Counted from the stretch's first letter, positions 22,965 to 33,517 are shown. The stretch: DNA of 64,000 nucleotides from an uncultured Gammaproteobacteria bacterium (GCA_963729605.1 CAVSNY010000007.1:1216001-1280000), one strand, 5' to 3'. Program-made: numbers and translations. The notes: generated from the letters alone by a model not told the origin.

Positions 22965-24232
22965 GGACGCAGTCCTCGATCGGTGCTGTCCCAGGCGCCG
23001 CGGCGGAACTGGCGCCGGTGGACGATGGCCTTGGGCAAGGCGACTACCGTGGTGATCACGCTCAGTATCCAATACGCCATGGGATACCAGATCATCCAAT
23101 AATAATATCTGCCCATGCGGCGTTCGTAGCGCGAATCGATGAGCAGGCTGACGCCGAATTGCAGCAGGCAAGTCGTGCCGAGGATCACGCCGTTCCAGCC
23201 GGGTATCAGCGAAGGCACCCGCAACCAGTCGGGAAGGGGGACCACGTATTGCAGGCCCCAGATCAGCGCGACCAGCGCCATGGAATAGGCCCAGAAGATG
23301 CTGACGATGTATTCAATGCAGACGCCCCACATGCGCCGCTTGCGCCAGGCGAACATATTACGGCCGTATTGCATCAGCGCCTCCATGCCGCCCTGCGCCC
23401 AGCGCAGGCGTTGCCGCCATAGGCCGCGCAAGGTTTCAGGCATCAGTATCCAGCATAGCGCGTTGGGTTCGAAACGGATGTCCCAGTGGTTGAGCTGCAT
23501 GCGCCAGCTGATGTCTATGTCGTCGGTGACGGTGTTGAGGCTCCAATACCCCGATTGGTGGAGCGCCGCCTTGCGGAAACCGGTGACCACGCCGGAGACG
23601 GTGAACACCCGGCCGTAGATGCGTTGCGCGCGTTTGATCATGCCGATGATGGCCGAGAATTCGCCCACTTGTATCTTGCCCAGCAGGGTGGAGCGGGTGC
23701 GGATGCGGGGATTGCCGGTGACGGCGCCGACCCGCGGACCGTTGAGCAAATGACTGATGATCCAAGTGATGGCGTGTTTGTCGAGTAAGGCATCGCCGTC
23801 GATGCAGATCAGATATTCGTTGGGCGACATCAGCGCGCCCATGCGCAGGGCCATCGACTTGCCTTGGTTTTCGGCGAGATGGATGACCCGCAGTTGTTGG
23901 TGGCTGGCGCTGAGGCGGTCCAGGATCGCCGCGGTATCGTCCTTGCTGCCGTCGTTGATCGCGATGATCTCGAAATCGGGATAGACGCTTTGCAGTAGAT
24001 ACATCACGGTCTCTTCGATAGTCGCCGCTTCGTTATAACAGGGCACGATGATGGAGACCGGCGGCGACTCGGGCAACTTGGGCAGGTCGGGTACCTTGTG
24101 ATGTTTGCCCATTTCCCAGTGATAGTAATAATAAAGCGCGCCGATCATCCACACGAAGGCCATGAACAAAGGATAATAAAACTGAAACTGGAACAGCCAC
24201 GATAAAGGACCGTTGGACATATCCGTCATCAT
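22961..24232 (-). CDS. pgaC: PNAG synthase PgaC (GT2)
   Basis: PCYNE, NDGSKD, IDGDALL, TDDIDISW, QRLRWAQGG. Confidence 0.96.
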   Translation of the reverse strand: MMTDMSNGPLSWLFQFQFYYPLFMAFVWMIGALYYYYHWEMGKHHKVPDLPKLPESPPVSIIVPCYNEAATIEETVMYLLQSVYPDFEIIAINDGSKDDTAAILDRLSASHQQLRVIHLAENQGKSMALRMGALMSPNEYLICIDGDALLDKHAITWIISHLLNGPRVGAVTGNPRIRTRSTLLGKIQVGEFSAIIGMIKRAQRIYGRVFTVSGVVTGFRKAALHQSGYWSLNTVTDDIDISWRMQLNHWDIRFEPNALCWILMPETLRGLWRQRLRWAQGGMEALMQYGRNMFAWRKRRMWGVCIEYIVSIFWAYSMALVALIWGLQYVVPLPDWLRVPSLIPGWNGVILGTTCLLQFGVSLLIDSRYERRMGRYYYWMIWYPMAYWILSVITTVVALPKAIVHRRQFRRGAWDSTDRGLRP

Positions 24233-26170
24233 CTTTGCCTGTAAGGATTGGTGCTTAGGGAGAATTCGGGTTTGATCACCTCGACGGCGGGGTGATCATT
24301 GACGAAATCATCCGGGTAATAGCCGAAGTGGGTGACGCCTTTGCGCCGCAACAAGGCCATGTTCGCCGCGATCTCTTCGCTGTCGATCGGCGTTTTGGTG
24401 TTCCAGTCCACGCTCTGCAACTCGAAGAGGGTGCGCGGTAAGGCGCCGGGTATCGCCGCGACGCGATCGGCGAGTTCGGCCAGCCATTGCCGGGGCCGGG
24501 CCGCGTTTTCGAGATGGGGCATGGCCATGACGGCGGCGTAATCATAATGTTCGATGAAGGAGGGAAGCGATTGGGCGAACCAGGTCTCGGCGGCCGGGTT
24601 CATGATCACTTCCGCGTAGAGATTACGCGCGGTCTTGAGGTCGGGGCGGTATTGGCGCGCCTGTCGAGTGAGTTCAGCGGTGAAGTCGCTCAGAAATTGG
24701 GTTTTGTGTTTGGACCAGGCGGCGAGGGTCGCGGGCGAGGCATGGAGTTCGGCCATCGTCGCCGGCAGGTCCCATGCCTGTCGATAATGCTCGAACGCGG
24801 CGGGGCTGCTGTCTTCGTAATCGGCGAGATAGGCGTCGTCGTGAAAGAGGAGGCCGTCGAAGTCGGCATGTTTGGCAAGGTCCTGGTAAATCTCACCGAT
24901 CAGCTTTCTCACCTCCGGGTAAAAGGGCGATAGACGTCGATAAGAAGACTGCGCGGGCGCCGCGTTGACCGTCATGACGGACGGTCAACGCGGCGAGCGG
25001 GTGAGGTTCCGGCAGTTGATAGGCCAAGACCGGCAGCCAGGCATAGACCTTGACCAGGGCGCGGGTGCGCAGTTGATGCGCGGCGTGATTGAAGAGGTCC
25101 GCGCGCATCGGGAGATGCCGGTTGGGAAAATACAAGGCGGCGGCGTTGCCGTCGCCGTCCGGGTCGGCATAGGCCTGTAAAAATACCGTGTTGATCTCGA
25201 GTTTTTTGATGCGTTCTATGAGGAGTCCGAGGTTCTTGTTCTGTTGCACGGGATCGCTATCGTAAATGTAATCGAGATCGACATGCGCGACCCGCAGCGG
25301 CTGCGCGGCGGGTGTGCTGCGCAGCCGCCAGACGAAATCCGAAAGCCGGGTGCCGTGACGAATGAGATAGCGGGGAACCGTCTGTAAATGGGCGGTATCG
25401 CCGTGGCCGTCGGCGAGCGTCAGCGTGATGCTCAGGCCGAGCTGCTCGGCGATCGCGGCGGCATCCCGCGTGTAACTGCCGTAGGGCCAGGCCAGCGCGC
25501 GCGGTTTGCGGCCGAGACGTTGCTCGAATATTTGTATGCTACGTTTGAGGTCGTCGGTGATTCTGCGGTGATATTGCTCATCGGTTTCGTAACGCTTATT
25601 AACCGGGTCATAAAGTCGGGCGGCGGGCGCGGCCTGTACATTGCCTTGCGGATTAACGACGATGCCGCCGTGCAATTGATGGCTATGGCTGATGACTTCG
25701 ACCAAGCCGGATTTTTCCATTTCGCGCACTTGCTCCCAGTCCAGCAATTGCTCTCGCTTGAATTCTTCGTCGTCATAGGCGATCAGCGTGCCGGGCTTGG
25801 CTTCCATCCAACCGCTCACCAAGGCGAGCACCGCGGGATAATTGTAAAGTTTCAGCAACGGAAATACCCGGCTGTACATGCTCTGATAACCGTCGTCGAA
25901 ACTGAGCAGCACCGCTTTCTCAGGGAGGGCACGGCGGCCGTCGCGGGCGGCGAGCAGGTCAGAGAGACTGACGGGTTGATAGCCATGGCTCTTGAGCCAG
26001 GAAAATTGCGCGACCAGCTCGTCGCTGCCAATGGTGAGGGTGCGGCCGTTGAGTGGGACGGTGTCGCGGACATCGTGATAAGAAAATACCGTGAACGGCT
26101 CGCCGGCCGTGAGGGGGAAGGGTAAAGCGAACAGTAAAAGCGAACTCAGCACGATGCGCACGGCCTGCAT
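24229..26170 (-). pseudogene. pgaB: PNAG deacetylase/hydrolase PgaB, split by a frameshift near 24960-24990
   Basis: ORF 24893-26170 has YHDV, SFDDGY and YFPNRHLPMRADLF; ORF 24229-24975 continues YRRLSPF, DGLLFHDD, KTARN, GYYPDDF in another frame. Confidence 0.9.
24958..24995. repeat. perfect 16-bp inverted repeat at the pgaB frameshift
   Basis: CGCCGCGTTGACCGTC-ATGACG-GACGGTCAACGCGGCG. Confidence 0.9.
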
Positions 26171-26171
26171 C

Positions 26172-28598
26172 CTAGAATCTCCAGCGCAGGTTCAAATAAA
26201 GACGGGAGTGGGTTTCGTACACGCCGTCGTAGACGGGACGGCTCAAGGCGAGGCCGTAGATCAGGCCTAGCCTGTCGTACAGCCGCCACTCGTGTTCGTA
26301 GTTGACGCCGCCCACCGGTTTGCTGGAGAAACCGCTCGCGCTGTAAATGCCGAGGCTGAAACCCAGCCGATGGAGGAATGCCCGCGAGTAACGCCGGTTG
26401 ACCAACCATTCATTAAGCAGCGATACGTCGAGCGAGAGGTCGCTGGCGGGATTGTAGTACGAGGCGTTGTCGCGGGTATTGTTCGACGCGTAGGCGCCGA
26501 GACGACCGTCGAGTTTGTAACGCGGCCGCTGGATCAGGCGTTGAAAGGCGGAGGCGGTGGTGATCAGGCGCCGGTTGCCGTCGCTGAAGTCCAGTTGTTG
26601 CAGGCCCGCGGCGTAGGCGCGCGATTCGTGGACGCGATATTCGGCGCCGACGCCCAGCGACCAGCCGTCGATGTCTTCGTTGAGGCGGCCGCGCAACGGC
26701 GCTTCGTTGCTGTAGCTGTCATAGTGGGCGTTGAAGCGCCAGTGATCGTCGGCCAGCCAACTGCCGCGCAAGGCCACGCCCAGACCGGTGTCGCGCCGGG
26801 AACCCTCGGACAATTCGCCGGTGAGTTCGACGTCGCGGGCCCGGTATTCCAGACCCGCGCCGAAGCGATGATAAGTCCCTTTGCCTTCGGGAAAGGTCGA
26901 TTGCGCGAAGTGGTCGTGAGCGAATACGCGATAGTGGATACGCTGCGGTCGAGAATAGAGACGGGTATCGAGCGCCAAATCTCTGCTGCCCACTTGAGTG
27001 CCGTTGCTGTACGTAGTGGCTGCCTGTATCGATAATTCGCGCTGGTTGTGAATCTCCCAACTGCGCCGCAGTGGGTTTGTTTGTACATCGTCCCGATAGT
27101 CGTCATTCACTTGAGCGATGAGGGTATCGGCGCCGCGAAGATCGTTCACGGTACGTAAGGCGTCGATTTCGCCCAGGCGTGCGCTCAGCAGGCCGGGTTC
27201 GATGGCGAGGCCGATGCGGAATTGTTCCAGGGCGCGCCGCGGCCAGCCCCGCCATAAATAGACATAACCCAGTTCGGCGTGCAGATGCGGATTGTTGGGC
27301 GCGGTGCGGGCGAGATTTTCATAGCGGTGTTGCGCATCGGCCAGATCTTCGCCCCAGGCGCGGGCCAAGGCGGCGTTACGCGCGGTGCGCAGTTGCAGGT
27401 CGGGATCGGTCTGTTCCGCGGCAAGGATGTCGATAATGTCGTAGGCGCGTTCCTGCTGATTGAGGTCGAAGTAGGTATAGAAGAGCGCCATGCGCAATTG
27501 AAAATCGTCCGGCCGGCGCTGTAACAATTCGCTGTACAAGTCGCGGGCGCGTTCGGGTTGCCGCGTGTTGAGATAGGCGTCGGCCGCCGCCTGGGTGACG
27601 TAATCGGGTATGGCCCCGTCCGAAGTCGGCAGTTCTTCATAGAGCTGAATGGCGTCTTGCGACCGCTCGCGGATACGGAGGGCGACTACCAGATCGTAGC
27701 GGGCGCGTTGCGCCAAGGGTGTGTCGCCCTCGCCGCGTCGTTCGAGGCGCGTCAATGCGTCTTGCAGCAGCGCGATGGCGCGATCGGTGTCGTCGAAACG
27801 CTCAGCGGGGAGGGGATGATAGAGATCGTTCCAGCGGATATATTTGGTGGCGGCGTCGATGGCGAATCCGTCGAGCTCATTTTCCGAAAACAGCTCAGGA
27901 CGTTCGCGCGCCATGTCCAAGGCCAGCGGCGCCGCGCCCAAGCGGGCGGTCAATAAGATTCGCTGTCGGCGCGCCTCGCGGTCTTCCGGTTGGACGGCGA
28001 GCAGACGATCATAGGCCGCGATGGCCTCGAACCATTGCTGGTCGTTGCGATAACTGTAAGCCAGCGCTTCCAGAACCGCGGCGTCGGTGGGGCGCCGCTG
28101 CGACACAGGTTTCAACAGTTCCAGTGCTTCCTTGGCCTGGCCCTGGTCGCTTAGGCTCTTGGCCAGTCCGATGATGTTGTCGATCCGGTCGGGGGCACGC
28201 TGCACCGCCATGCGGTAATACTCGATGGCTCGAGCCGGATCGCCCACGCCGCGCGCGGCGCGACCCAGACTTTCCAATACATAGGCCGGGGTCTCCGGCA
28301 AACGCAGTCGGGGCGCCTGATCGAGCGCGTCCTGATAACGTTCAGCCCAGCTCAATACGGCGATGTAATCGTGGAGATATTCGCGCCGGCCGGGATAGGC
28401 CGCTCTCAGTTCACGGAGCAAGGGCAGTGCCGCATCGTTTTGGCCGTCGCGAGCCAACTGGATGGCCTTTTGATGTTTCAACGCCGCCCCGCTCGGTGCG
28501 GCGAGCGAACAGGGCGGCACGAAGAGGAGCAAAAGTAGTAAGAAGACACAAGGGTGCCGGCGCCGATAGCGGATGAGGGTAAGAGATGCTAAAGCCAT
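26172..28598 (-). CDS. pgaA: PNAG export porin PgaA
   Basis: Signal peptide, TPR region, RGWPRRA, FSDGNRR, YYNPASD, C-terminal barrel ending LRWRF; first gene of pgaABCD. Confidence 0.93.
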   Translation of the reverse strand: MALASLTLIRYRRRHPCVFLLLLLLFVPPCSLAAPSGAALKHQKAIQLARDGQNDAALPLLRELRAAYPGRREYLHDYIAVLSWAERYQDALDQAPRLRLPETPAYVLESLGRAARGVGDPARAIEYYRMAVQRAPDRIDNIIGLAKSLSDQGQAKEALELLKPVSQRRPTDAAVLEALAYSYRNDQQWFEAIAAYDRLLAVQPEDREARRQRILLTARLGAAPLALDMARERPELFSENELDGFAIDAATKYIRWNDLYHPLPAERFDDTDRAIALLQDALTRLERRGEGDTPLAQRARYDLVVALRIRERSQDAIQLYEELPTSDGAIPDYVTQAAADAYLNTRQPERARDLYSELLQRRPDDFQLRMALFYTYFDLNQQERAYDIIDILAAEQTDPDLQLRTARNAALARAWGEDLADAQHRYENLARTAPNNPHLHAELGYVYLWRGWPRRALEQFRIGLAIEPGLLSARLGEIDALRTVNDLRGADTLIAQVNDDYRDDVQTNPLRRSWEIHNQRELSIQAATTYSNGTQVGSRDLALDTRLYSRPQRIHYRVFAHDHFAQSTFPEGKGTYHRFGAGLEYRARDVELTGELSEGSRRDTGLGVALRGSWLADDHWRFNAHYDSYSNEAPLRGRLNEDIDGWSLGVGAEYRVHESRAYAAGLQQLDFSDGNRRLITTASAFQRLIQRPRYKLDGRLGAYASNNTRDNASYYNPASDLSLDVSLLNEWLVNRRYSRAFLHRLGFSLGIYSASGFSSKPVGGVNYEHEWRLYDRLGLIYGLALSRPVYDGVYETHSRLYLNLRWRF

Positions 28599-29109
28599 AT
28601 TGATGTTTCTGATTGCTTTGCCGGCCGAATGATTTCGAGGGGATCGAGCATTGATGGGCTGCTACGCCCGTTGGTCGCTTCAGTAAGGTTTGCGGCGGGC
28701 CCGCCTTGGTCGCGGTTCCGATTGGTAATAAAGGCGAGGAATACCAATTATTGTGCTTGGGTTATTTAGGTTGTTAATGCGTCGCTATGCGCGACGGTGG
28801 ATCGTTGATGAAGAGAGTACACAAATAGAGTATAGCGTTTCCTCCGATGAAGATAGAACTGCTTTTAGATTGTAGAAAGAAACTTGCGAAATTGCATAGA
28901 GAGAAAAGGGCGCTATTGCAGAAATTATCCGGAGTCCGTTCTTAAAAAGCTGATCGCGAAAGCAGGTGCTAGGTATTTTCCGTGAACCCCGTCGATTGAC
29001 TAACCCTGCTTTTCCACCTTTAATATTAAGGAAGCTCTGAATAATTCTATCCTGGAATTTTCAGAGCACGGAAGTTGAGACTCAGCAACCACGCCAGGAG
29101 GCCCAGGTC

Positions 29110-29412
29110 ATGAAGATACGCCATATGGTTTTCGGCATCGCTATTTCCATGTTTTTCGCGGGAACGAGTTGGGCGCAAAACAGCAACACCAATACCCAAA
29201 GTAATATGCAGGGTAATTCGCAAAACTTCGGTAACAGTTCGTTTAGCTTCTCGAACGGCAATGTCTCCATCTCGCAAAGCAATACCAATAATTCATTCTG
29301 CCAATTTTTCAGTTTCTCATCCGGCTTGACCCGAATCGTGCAGATTATTCAGGGTAATTCGATGACCCAAGTTTTTGGTAACTCGGGCACGGTGACGGAT
29401 CCTTGTAATTAA
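29110..29412 (+). CDS. small secreted Asn/Ser/Gln-rich protein, unknown function
   Basis: GGAGG RBS, signal peptide ending SWA, low-complexity mature region with repeated QGNS..FGNS. Confidence 0.75.
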   Translation: MKIRHMVFGIAISMFFAGTSWAQNSNTNTQSNMQGNSQNFGNSSFSFSNGNVSISQSNTNNSFCQFFSFSSGLTRIVQIIQGNSMTQVFGNSGTVTDPCN

Positions 29413-29581
29413 ATCGACGGCGGGAGTAGCGGCTGTCGTTTCTTGACGACGCGGATTTTCGCGGGATCGAACGTAGTGCATGCGGAAATGACCAAGCCCT
29501 TTGATGGTGCGTGGCGGCGTCTTGCATTGACTCTTATATATAGAGTAGAGGCTGTTTATTAGCGCCGTTGGGGTGGTGCGC

Positions 29582-29788
29582 TTAGTCCAAACGGAATCCC
29601 ACCCTCAAACTGACTTGATAACAAGTCACTTTGCCGTTTTGAATGGTGCCGCGGGTTTCGATCACTTCGAACCAATCGAGATTGCGCAGGGTGTCGGCGG
29701 CGCGGTTGATGGCGTTTTGAATGGCGTCGTCCGAACTCTTGCTCGAGGTGCCGACCAAGTCGATGAGTTTGTAGACCTTGTCTGTCAT
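29582..29788 (-). CDS. dodecin (flavin-binding)
   Basis: MTDKVYKLIDLVGTS..DAIQNAI.RA..TLRNLDWFEV.ETRG..YQV.LRVGFRLD. Confidence 0.93.
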   Translation of the reverse strand: MTDKVYKLIDLVGTSSKSSDDAIQNAINRAADTLRNLDWFEVIETRGTIQNGKVTCYQVSLRVGFRLD

Positions 29789-30061
29789 GGTGTCGCTCCC
29801 GCGGATGGCTGAAGATGGGTGTAACGGCTTGTTACTGAGTATAGGCGGCGATTTGATGATTGTCCGCGAAAGATCGCGGTTCATGGGTGTGAGTTGGCGC
29901 CGGCGCGGGGGTGAGCGGTGGCGCTTAGGAATGTCGCCGTTGGATGTGGCTAACGACAATATCTGGGTAATTCTTATGGGAGTTAACAACGATCGCGAAT
30001 GTCGCATCAGGGCGAAGGGTGCCGAATGAAACAACGGCTGAGCGCCTCGCGGCGCTCGGCG

Positions 30062-30625
30062 TCATACTCCCGTGTCTTCGCGGGCGATGGCCCTGAGTTC
30101 TTTCTTATCCTCTGGCATATTCTCGGGGACCGGGGCGATGTCGGCTCGGGGAATAGGCAGGACCGAGGTTTCACCGCAGTTGCTTACCAAGAGGGTGGGC
30201 GGTTCCATGGAAAAGGTGAAGGGCGCGGCCTGTTTCAAGGTGCTGATACCGAGTATGTGACGGGTGTTGCCGGCGAAAACCGCCGCCTCGACGTTTTTGA
30301 AGGTGCAGCGGTCGCCGATGCTCATCTCAGCGATCTGGTAGACCGGCACGATCTTTTTACTGCCGTCCGCCATGATGCCGGTGAGATCTTTAATATAGGT
30401 CGCCGCACCCTTTTGACGCAGCACGGCCAGTGCTTCTTCATTGATGATGGTGTAACTCGATCCGGTGTCTACCATCAAATCGACGGCACCGTAGCCGGTG
30501 AAGTAACCGTCCACGTAATAAGTGGAGGCCGTGCTTAAACGCATCGGAATGGTCTGATCCATCGGCCCGGCGTGAACGGTTTGGCCGGCCAGGGTGAAAA
30601 TGAGCATAACTAAGGTGGTTTTCAA
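30062..30625 (-). CDS. secreted retropepsin-like aspartyl protease
   Basis: Signal peptide, LMVDTGSS catalytic motif, MADG flap, ILGIS. Confidence 0.85.
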   Translation of the reverse strand: MKTTLVMLIFTLAGQTVHAGPMDQTIPMRLSTASTYYVDGYFTGYGAVDLMVDTGSSYTIINEEALAVLRQKGAATYIKDLTGIMADGSKKIVPVYQIAEMSIGDRCTFKNVEAAVFAGNTRHILGISTLKQAAPFTFSMEPPTLLVSNCGETSVLPIPRADIAPVPENMPEDKKELRAIAREDTGV

Positions 30626-30671
30626 TAAAATACTCCCCGCAGATAATGGATAGAGCTCCTATGAAAACAGG

Positions 30672-30688
30672 CGCAAACACTATGCCAG
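30672..30688 (-). promoter_or_regulatory. sigma54 promoter upstream of the aspartyl protease
   Basis: Minus strand reads CTGGCATAGTGTTTGCG, close to the TGGCAC-N5-TTGC consensus. Confidence 0.7.
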
Positions 30689-30876
30689 CGATGATCAGTT
30701 CGGCGTTTCGCGCGCATGCTCTATGATTGTCTCTCTCCGACTACGTTCAATAGTTCATGGGAATCATAACTTTGATTCCAGTTTATTCAAATATTGTCCC
30801 CATTTGGCGACAGCCGTTGGGGAGTGATCCGCCCGTTTTTATGACAAGCCTATGAGAAATATATTTTTTATAGGGC

Positions 30877-30892
30877 GGGCATGTTTGCTGCA
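30877..30892 (+). promoter_or_regulatory. possible sigma54 promoter upstream of the EF-hand gene
   Basis: GGGCATGTTTGCTGCA has GG-N10-GC spacing. Confidence 0.45.
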
Positions 30893-30961
30893 AATTTAAG
30901 GGCTGTACTCTCAAATTCTCTAGCGGCGGCGGTATTGGTGCCCGCAAGACAGGAGTCGTTT

Positions 30962-31255
30962 ATGAAAAAGCCAATGATATTGTTGACAGGGATCGCACTC
31001 ACCTCCGGCTTAATAATAATGAGTGGCGGCGCGAGCGCCGAAGAACTGGCGCCAGGCAACAAACAATTGACGGAAGAGACACAGCGGAAATTTTCCCAAC
31101 TGGACGTCAATCGCGACGGGTATATCAACAAGGACGAGGCGCAGCAGGCCCCCGCGCTGCTGGCGAAATTTTCCAAACTGGACCGGAACGAGGACAAGCG
31201 GGTGGATGAAGGCGAGTTCGCGCGTTTCGAGGTGACCGACCCGGTCAATCAATAA
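30962..31255 (+). CDS. secreted EF-hand calcium-binding protein
   Basis: AGGAG RBS, signal peptide, two EF loops DVNRDGYINKDE and DRNEDKRVDEGE. Confidence 0.85.
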   Translation: MKKPMILLTGIALTSGLIIMSGGASAEELAPGNKQLTEETQRKFSQLDVNRDGYINKDEAQQAPALLAKFSKLDRNEDKRVDEGEFARFEVTDPVNQ

Positions 31256-31301
31256 GCTGAGGACGTAAGCATATTCTCACGGCTCTAGCGGCCAGCCGGC
31301 G

Positions 31302-32147
31302 TCAGGGCGCTTTTTCTTCGGCGCGGGTATGGGACCTGAGGAACAACGAAGGGTCCACGCGTGCGTTATTGAGACTGACTCCCCAATGGAGGTGAGGCCC
31401 GGTGGCGCGTCCGGTCTGGCCGACGCTGCCCAGCACCGCGCCGCGGCGGAGTGTTTGGCCGGGTTTGACGTCGATGCGCTGCAAGTGGCAATACATCGTG
31501 ATCAAGCCTTGGCCGTGATCGAGCAACACGGTATTGCCGTTGAAAAAATAATCGCCGGTGGCGATCACCCGGCCGTCGGCGGGGGCATGCACCGGCGTGC
31601 CGGCCGGGGCGGCGATGTCGAGCCCGCTGTGCGGATTGCGCGGCTGGTCATTGAAATAACGGCGTAAGCCGAAAGGACTGCTCAGCGGACCGTCGGTGGG
31701 CAAATCGAATTGCAAAGGCACCTCGGCTTGTTCATTGAACGCGGCGAAGGCGGCGTCCATTTCCTGCCTTTCGCGGTTAATGCGTTTTAAATCGTCAGGA
31801 GCGGGTTCCACTTTGCGCTGATCCTTGATAATCAGACGCTGGGTGGCGTATTGCTTGTCCTGGACGACGAAATTCACCGTGGTTTCCGTCGCGTTGTCTT
31901 CGTGAATTTTCAAGGTTTGTTCGCCGACCGGTGTCTCGAGCGGCAGACCGACCACCGCCAGCCAGTCCTGTTCGTTGCGCATCACCAATACCCGGTTGCC
32001 GTTGAAATAGACGCGCGGTGGATTCACGTTATCGTTCGAGAGAGAGACGACGGCGACGCCGCCGGGCACGGCCTCGTTTTTCGGCAGCGGCGTTGCGGCG
32101 AGCAGACCCGGCAATATCAACAGCAACAAACTGATCAAATAATTCAT
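31302..32147 (-). CDS. M23 family peptidoglycan metalloendopeptidase
   Basis: VPGGVAVV N-domain, HSGLD and TGPHLHW zinc motifs; coupled to xseA. Confidence 0.92.
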   Translation of the reverse strand: MNYLISLLLLILPGLLAATPLPKNEAVPGGVAVVSLSNDNVNPPRVYFNGNRVLVMRNEQDWLAVVGLPLETPVGEQTLKIHEDNATETTVNFVVQDKQYATQRLIIKDQRKVEPAPDDLKRINRERQEMDAAFAAFNEQAEVPLQFDLPTDGPLSSPFGLRRYFNDQPRNPHSGLDIAAPAGTPVHAPADGRVIATGDYFFNGNTVLLDHGQGLITMYCHLQRIDVKPGQTLRRGAVLGSVGQTGRATGPHLHWGVSLNNARVDPSLFLRSHTRAEEKAP

Positions 32148-33517
32148 GTCTCGTATTTCTCATCGACGGTGCTGATCAAACGTCCCTGCGCGATGCGGGT
32201 TTCGATTTGATCGCCGATCGCGACCTGAGTTGCATCGCGCACGATGGCGCCGTCGGGCCGACGGTGCACGATGGCGTAGCCGCGCTGCAGGGTGGCGAGC
32301 GGACTCACGGTGTCAAGAGTGCGGGCCAGCGCGATGAGGCGCAGACGGTGTTGTTGCAACCGGCCGCGCATGACCCGTTCCAGGCGTTGCGCGAGGTGTT
32401 CGCGCCGGAGAGACAATTTTTGCAGATGCTGGCGCGGATCGCGATGGTGCAGCCGGGCGGCGAGCGCGGCGAGCCGACTGTCGGCGTGGCGCAGCTGTGA
32501 ACGCCAGGCGAGTTTGAGGCGCTGCTCCAGTTCGTCGAGACGCTGGGCCTGGTCGCGCAATCGGCGGCCGGGATGACATCGCTCCAGCCGCTTGGTAAGC
32601 CAGTCCAGTTGCTGGCGCTTGGCATGCTGGATATGCAGCAGCCGTTGCAGCAAGCGTTTTTCGCGGGTCGCGAAGGCCTGCAACCATTCCGCGCCGTCGG
32701 GGCTGGCCAGTTCGGCGGCGGCGGAGGGCGTGGCGGCGCGGTGATCGGCGACGAAGTCGGCGATGGTGACGTCCACCTCGTGGCCGACGCCGCTCACCAC
32801 CGGCAGCGGGCAGTCGTAAATGGCGCGGGCGACCGCCTCTTCATTGAAGGCCCACAAATCTTCGAGCGAGCCGCCGCCGCGGGCGAGAATCAGCACGTCG
32901 CAATCTTGGGATGCTCCGGCGCGCCGCAGCATGCGGACGATGGCCGGTGCCGCCGCCGTGCCCTGCACCGGAACCGGGTAGATCAGCACCGGGATGGCGG
33001 GGAAGCGGCGGCGCAGCACGGTCAGGATGTCGTGGATGGCGGCGCCGCTGGGGGAGGTGATCACCCCGATACGGCGCGGCAACGGCGGCAGCGGTTTTTT
33101 ATGGGCGGGGTCGAACAGGCCCTCGGCCGCCAGGCGTTTTTTGAGTTCTTCGAAGGCGCGCCGCAGCAGGCCGTCGCCGGCCTCTTCCAGGTGTTCGACC
33201 ACCAACTGGTAATCGCCGCGCGGTTCGTAAAGGGTCGCCCGCACCCGCGCCAGCACCTGCATGCCGTCGGCGGGGACAAAGCCGATCAACTGGTTACGCA
33301 TGCGGAACATCGCGCAGCGTACCTGGGCATCGCGGTCCTTCAATGAAAAATACCAGTGGCCGGAGCCGGGCCGCGACAGGTTGGAGACTTCGCCCTCTAT
33401 CCACAGCAGGCCGAAACCGCGGTCCAGCAGGGCGCGCACCTCGCGGTTGAGGCGCGAAACGCTGTAAATCTCACGGCGGGGGGCCGCTTCCGGCGGGTGA
33501 TCGGCGGGGATGTCCAT
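32144..33517 (-). CDS. xseA: exodeoxyribonuclease VII large subunit
   Basis: SGHWYFSLKD, ARGGGSLEDLWAFN, GVGHEVD, TPSAAAE, RGYAIV. Confidence 0.97.
   Translation of the reverse strand: MDIPADHPPEAAPRREIYSVSRLNREVRALLDRGFGLLWIEGEVSNLSRPGSGHWYFSLKDRDAQVRCAMFRMRNQLIGFVPADGMQVLARVRATLYEPRGDYQLVVEHLEEAGDGLLRRAFEELKKRLAAEGLFDPAHKKPLPPLPRRIGVITSPSGAAIHDILTVLRRRFPAIPVLIYPVPVQGTAAAPAIVRMLRRAGASQDCDVLILARGGGSLEDLWAFNEEAVARAIYDCPLPVVSGVGHEVDVTIADFVADHRAATPSAAAELASPDGAEWLQAFATREKRLLQRLLHIQHAKRQQLDWLTKRLERCHPGRRLRDQAQRLDELEQRLKLAWRSQLRHADSRLAALAARLHHRDPRQHLQKLSLRREHLAQRLERVMRGRLQQHRLRLIALARTLDTVSPLATLQRGYAIVHRRPDGAIVRDATQVAIGDQIETRIAQGRLISTVDEKYET

Noticed and set aside
28620-29100. Possible c-di-GMP riboswitch or sigma54 site between pgaA and the N/Q-rich gene
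   Set aside because: No GEMM motif seen; GG-N10-GC near 29054 matches the consensus poorly
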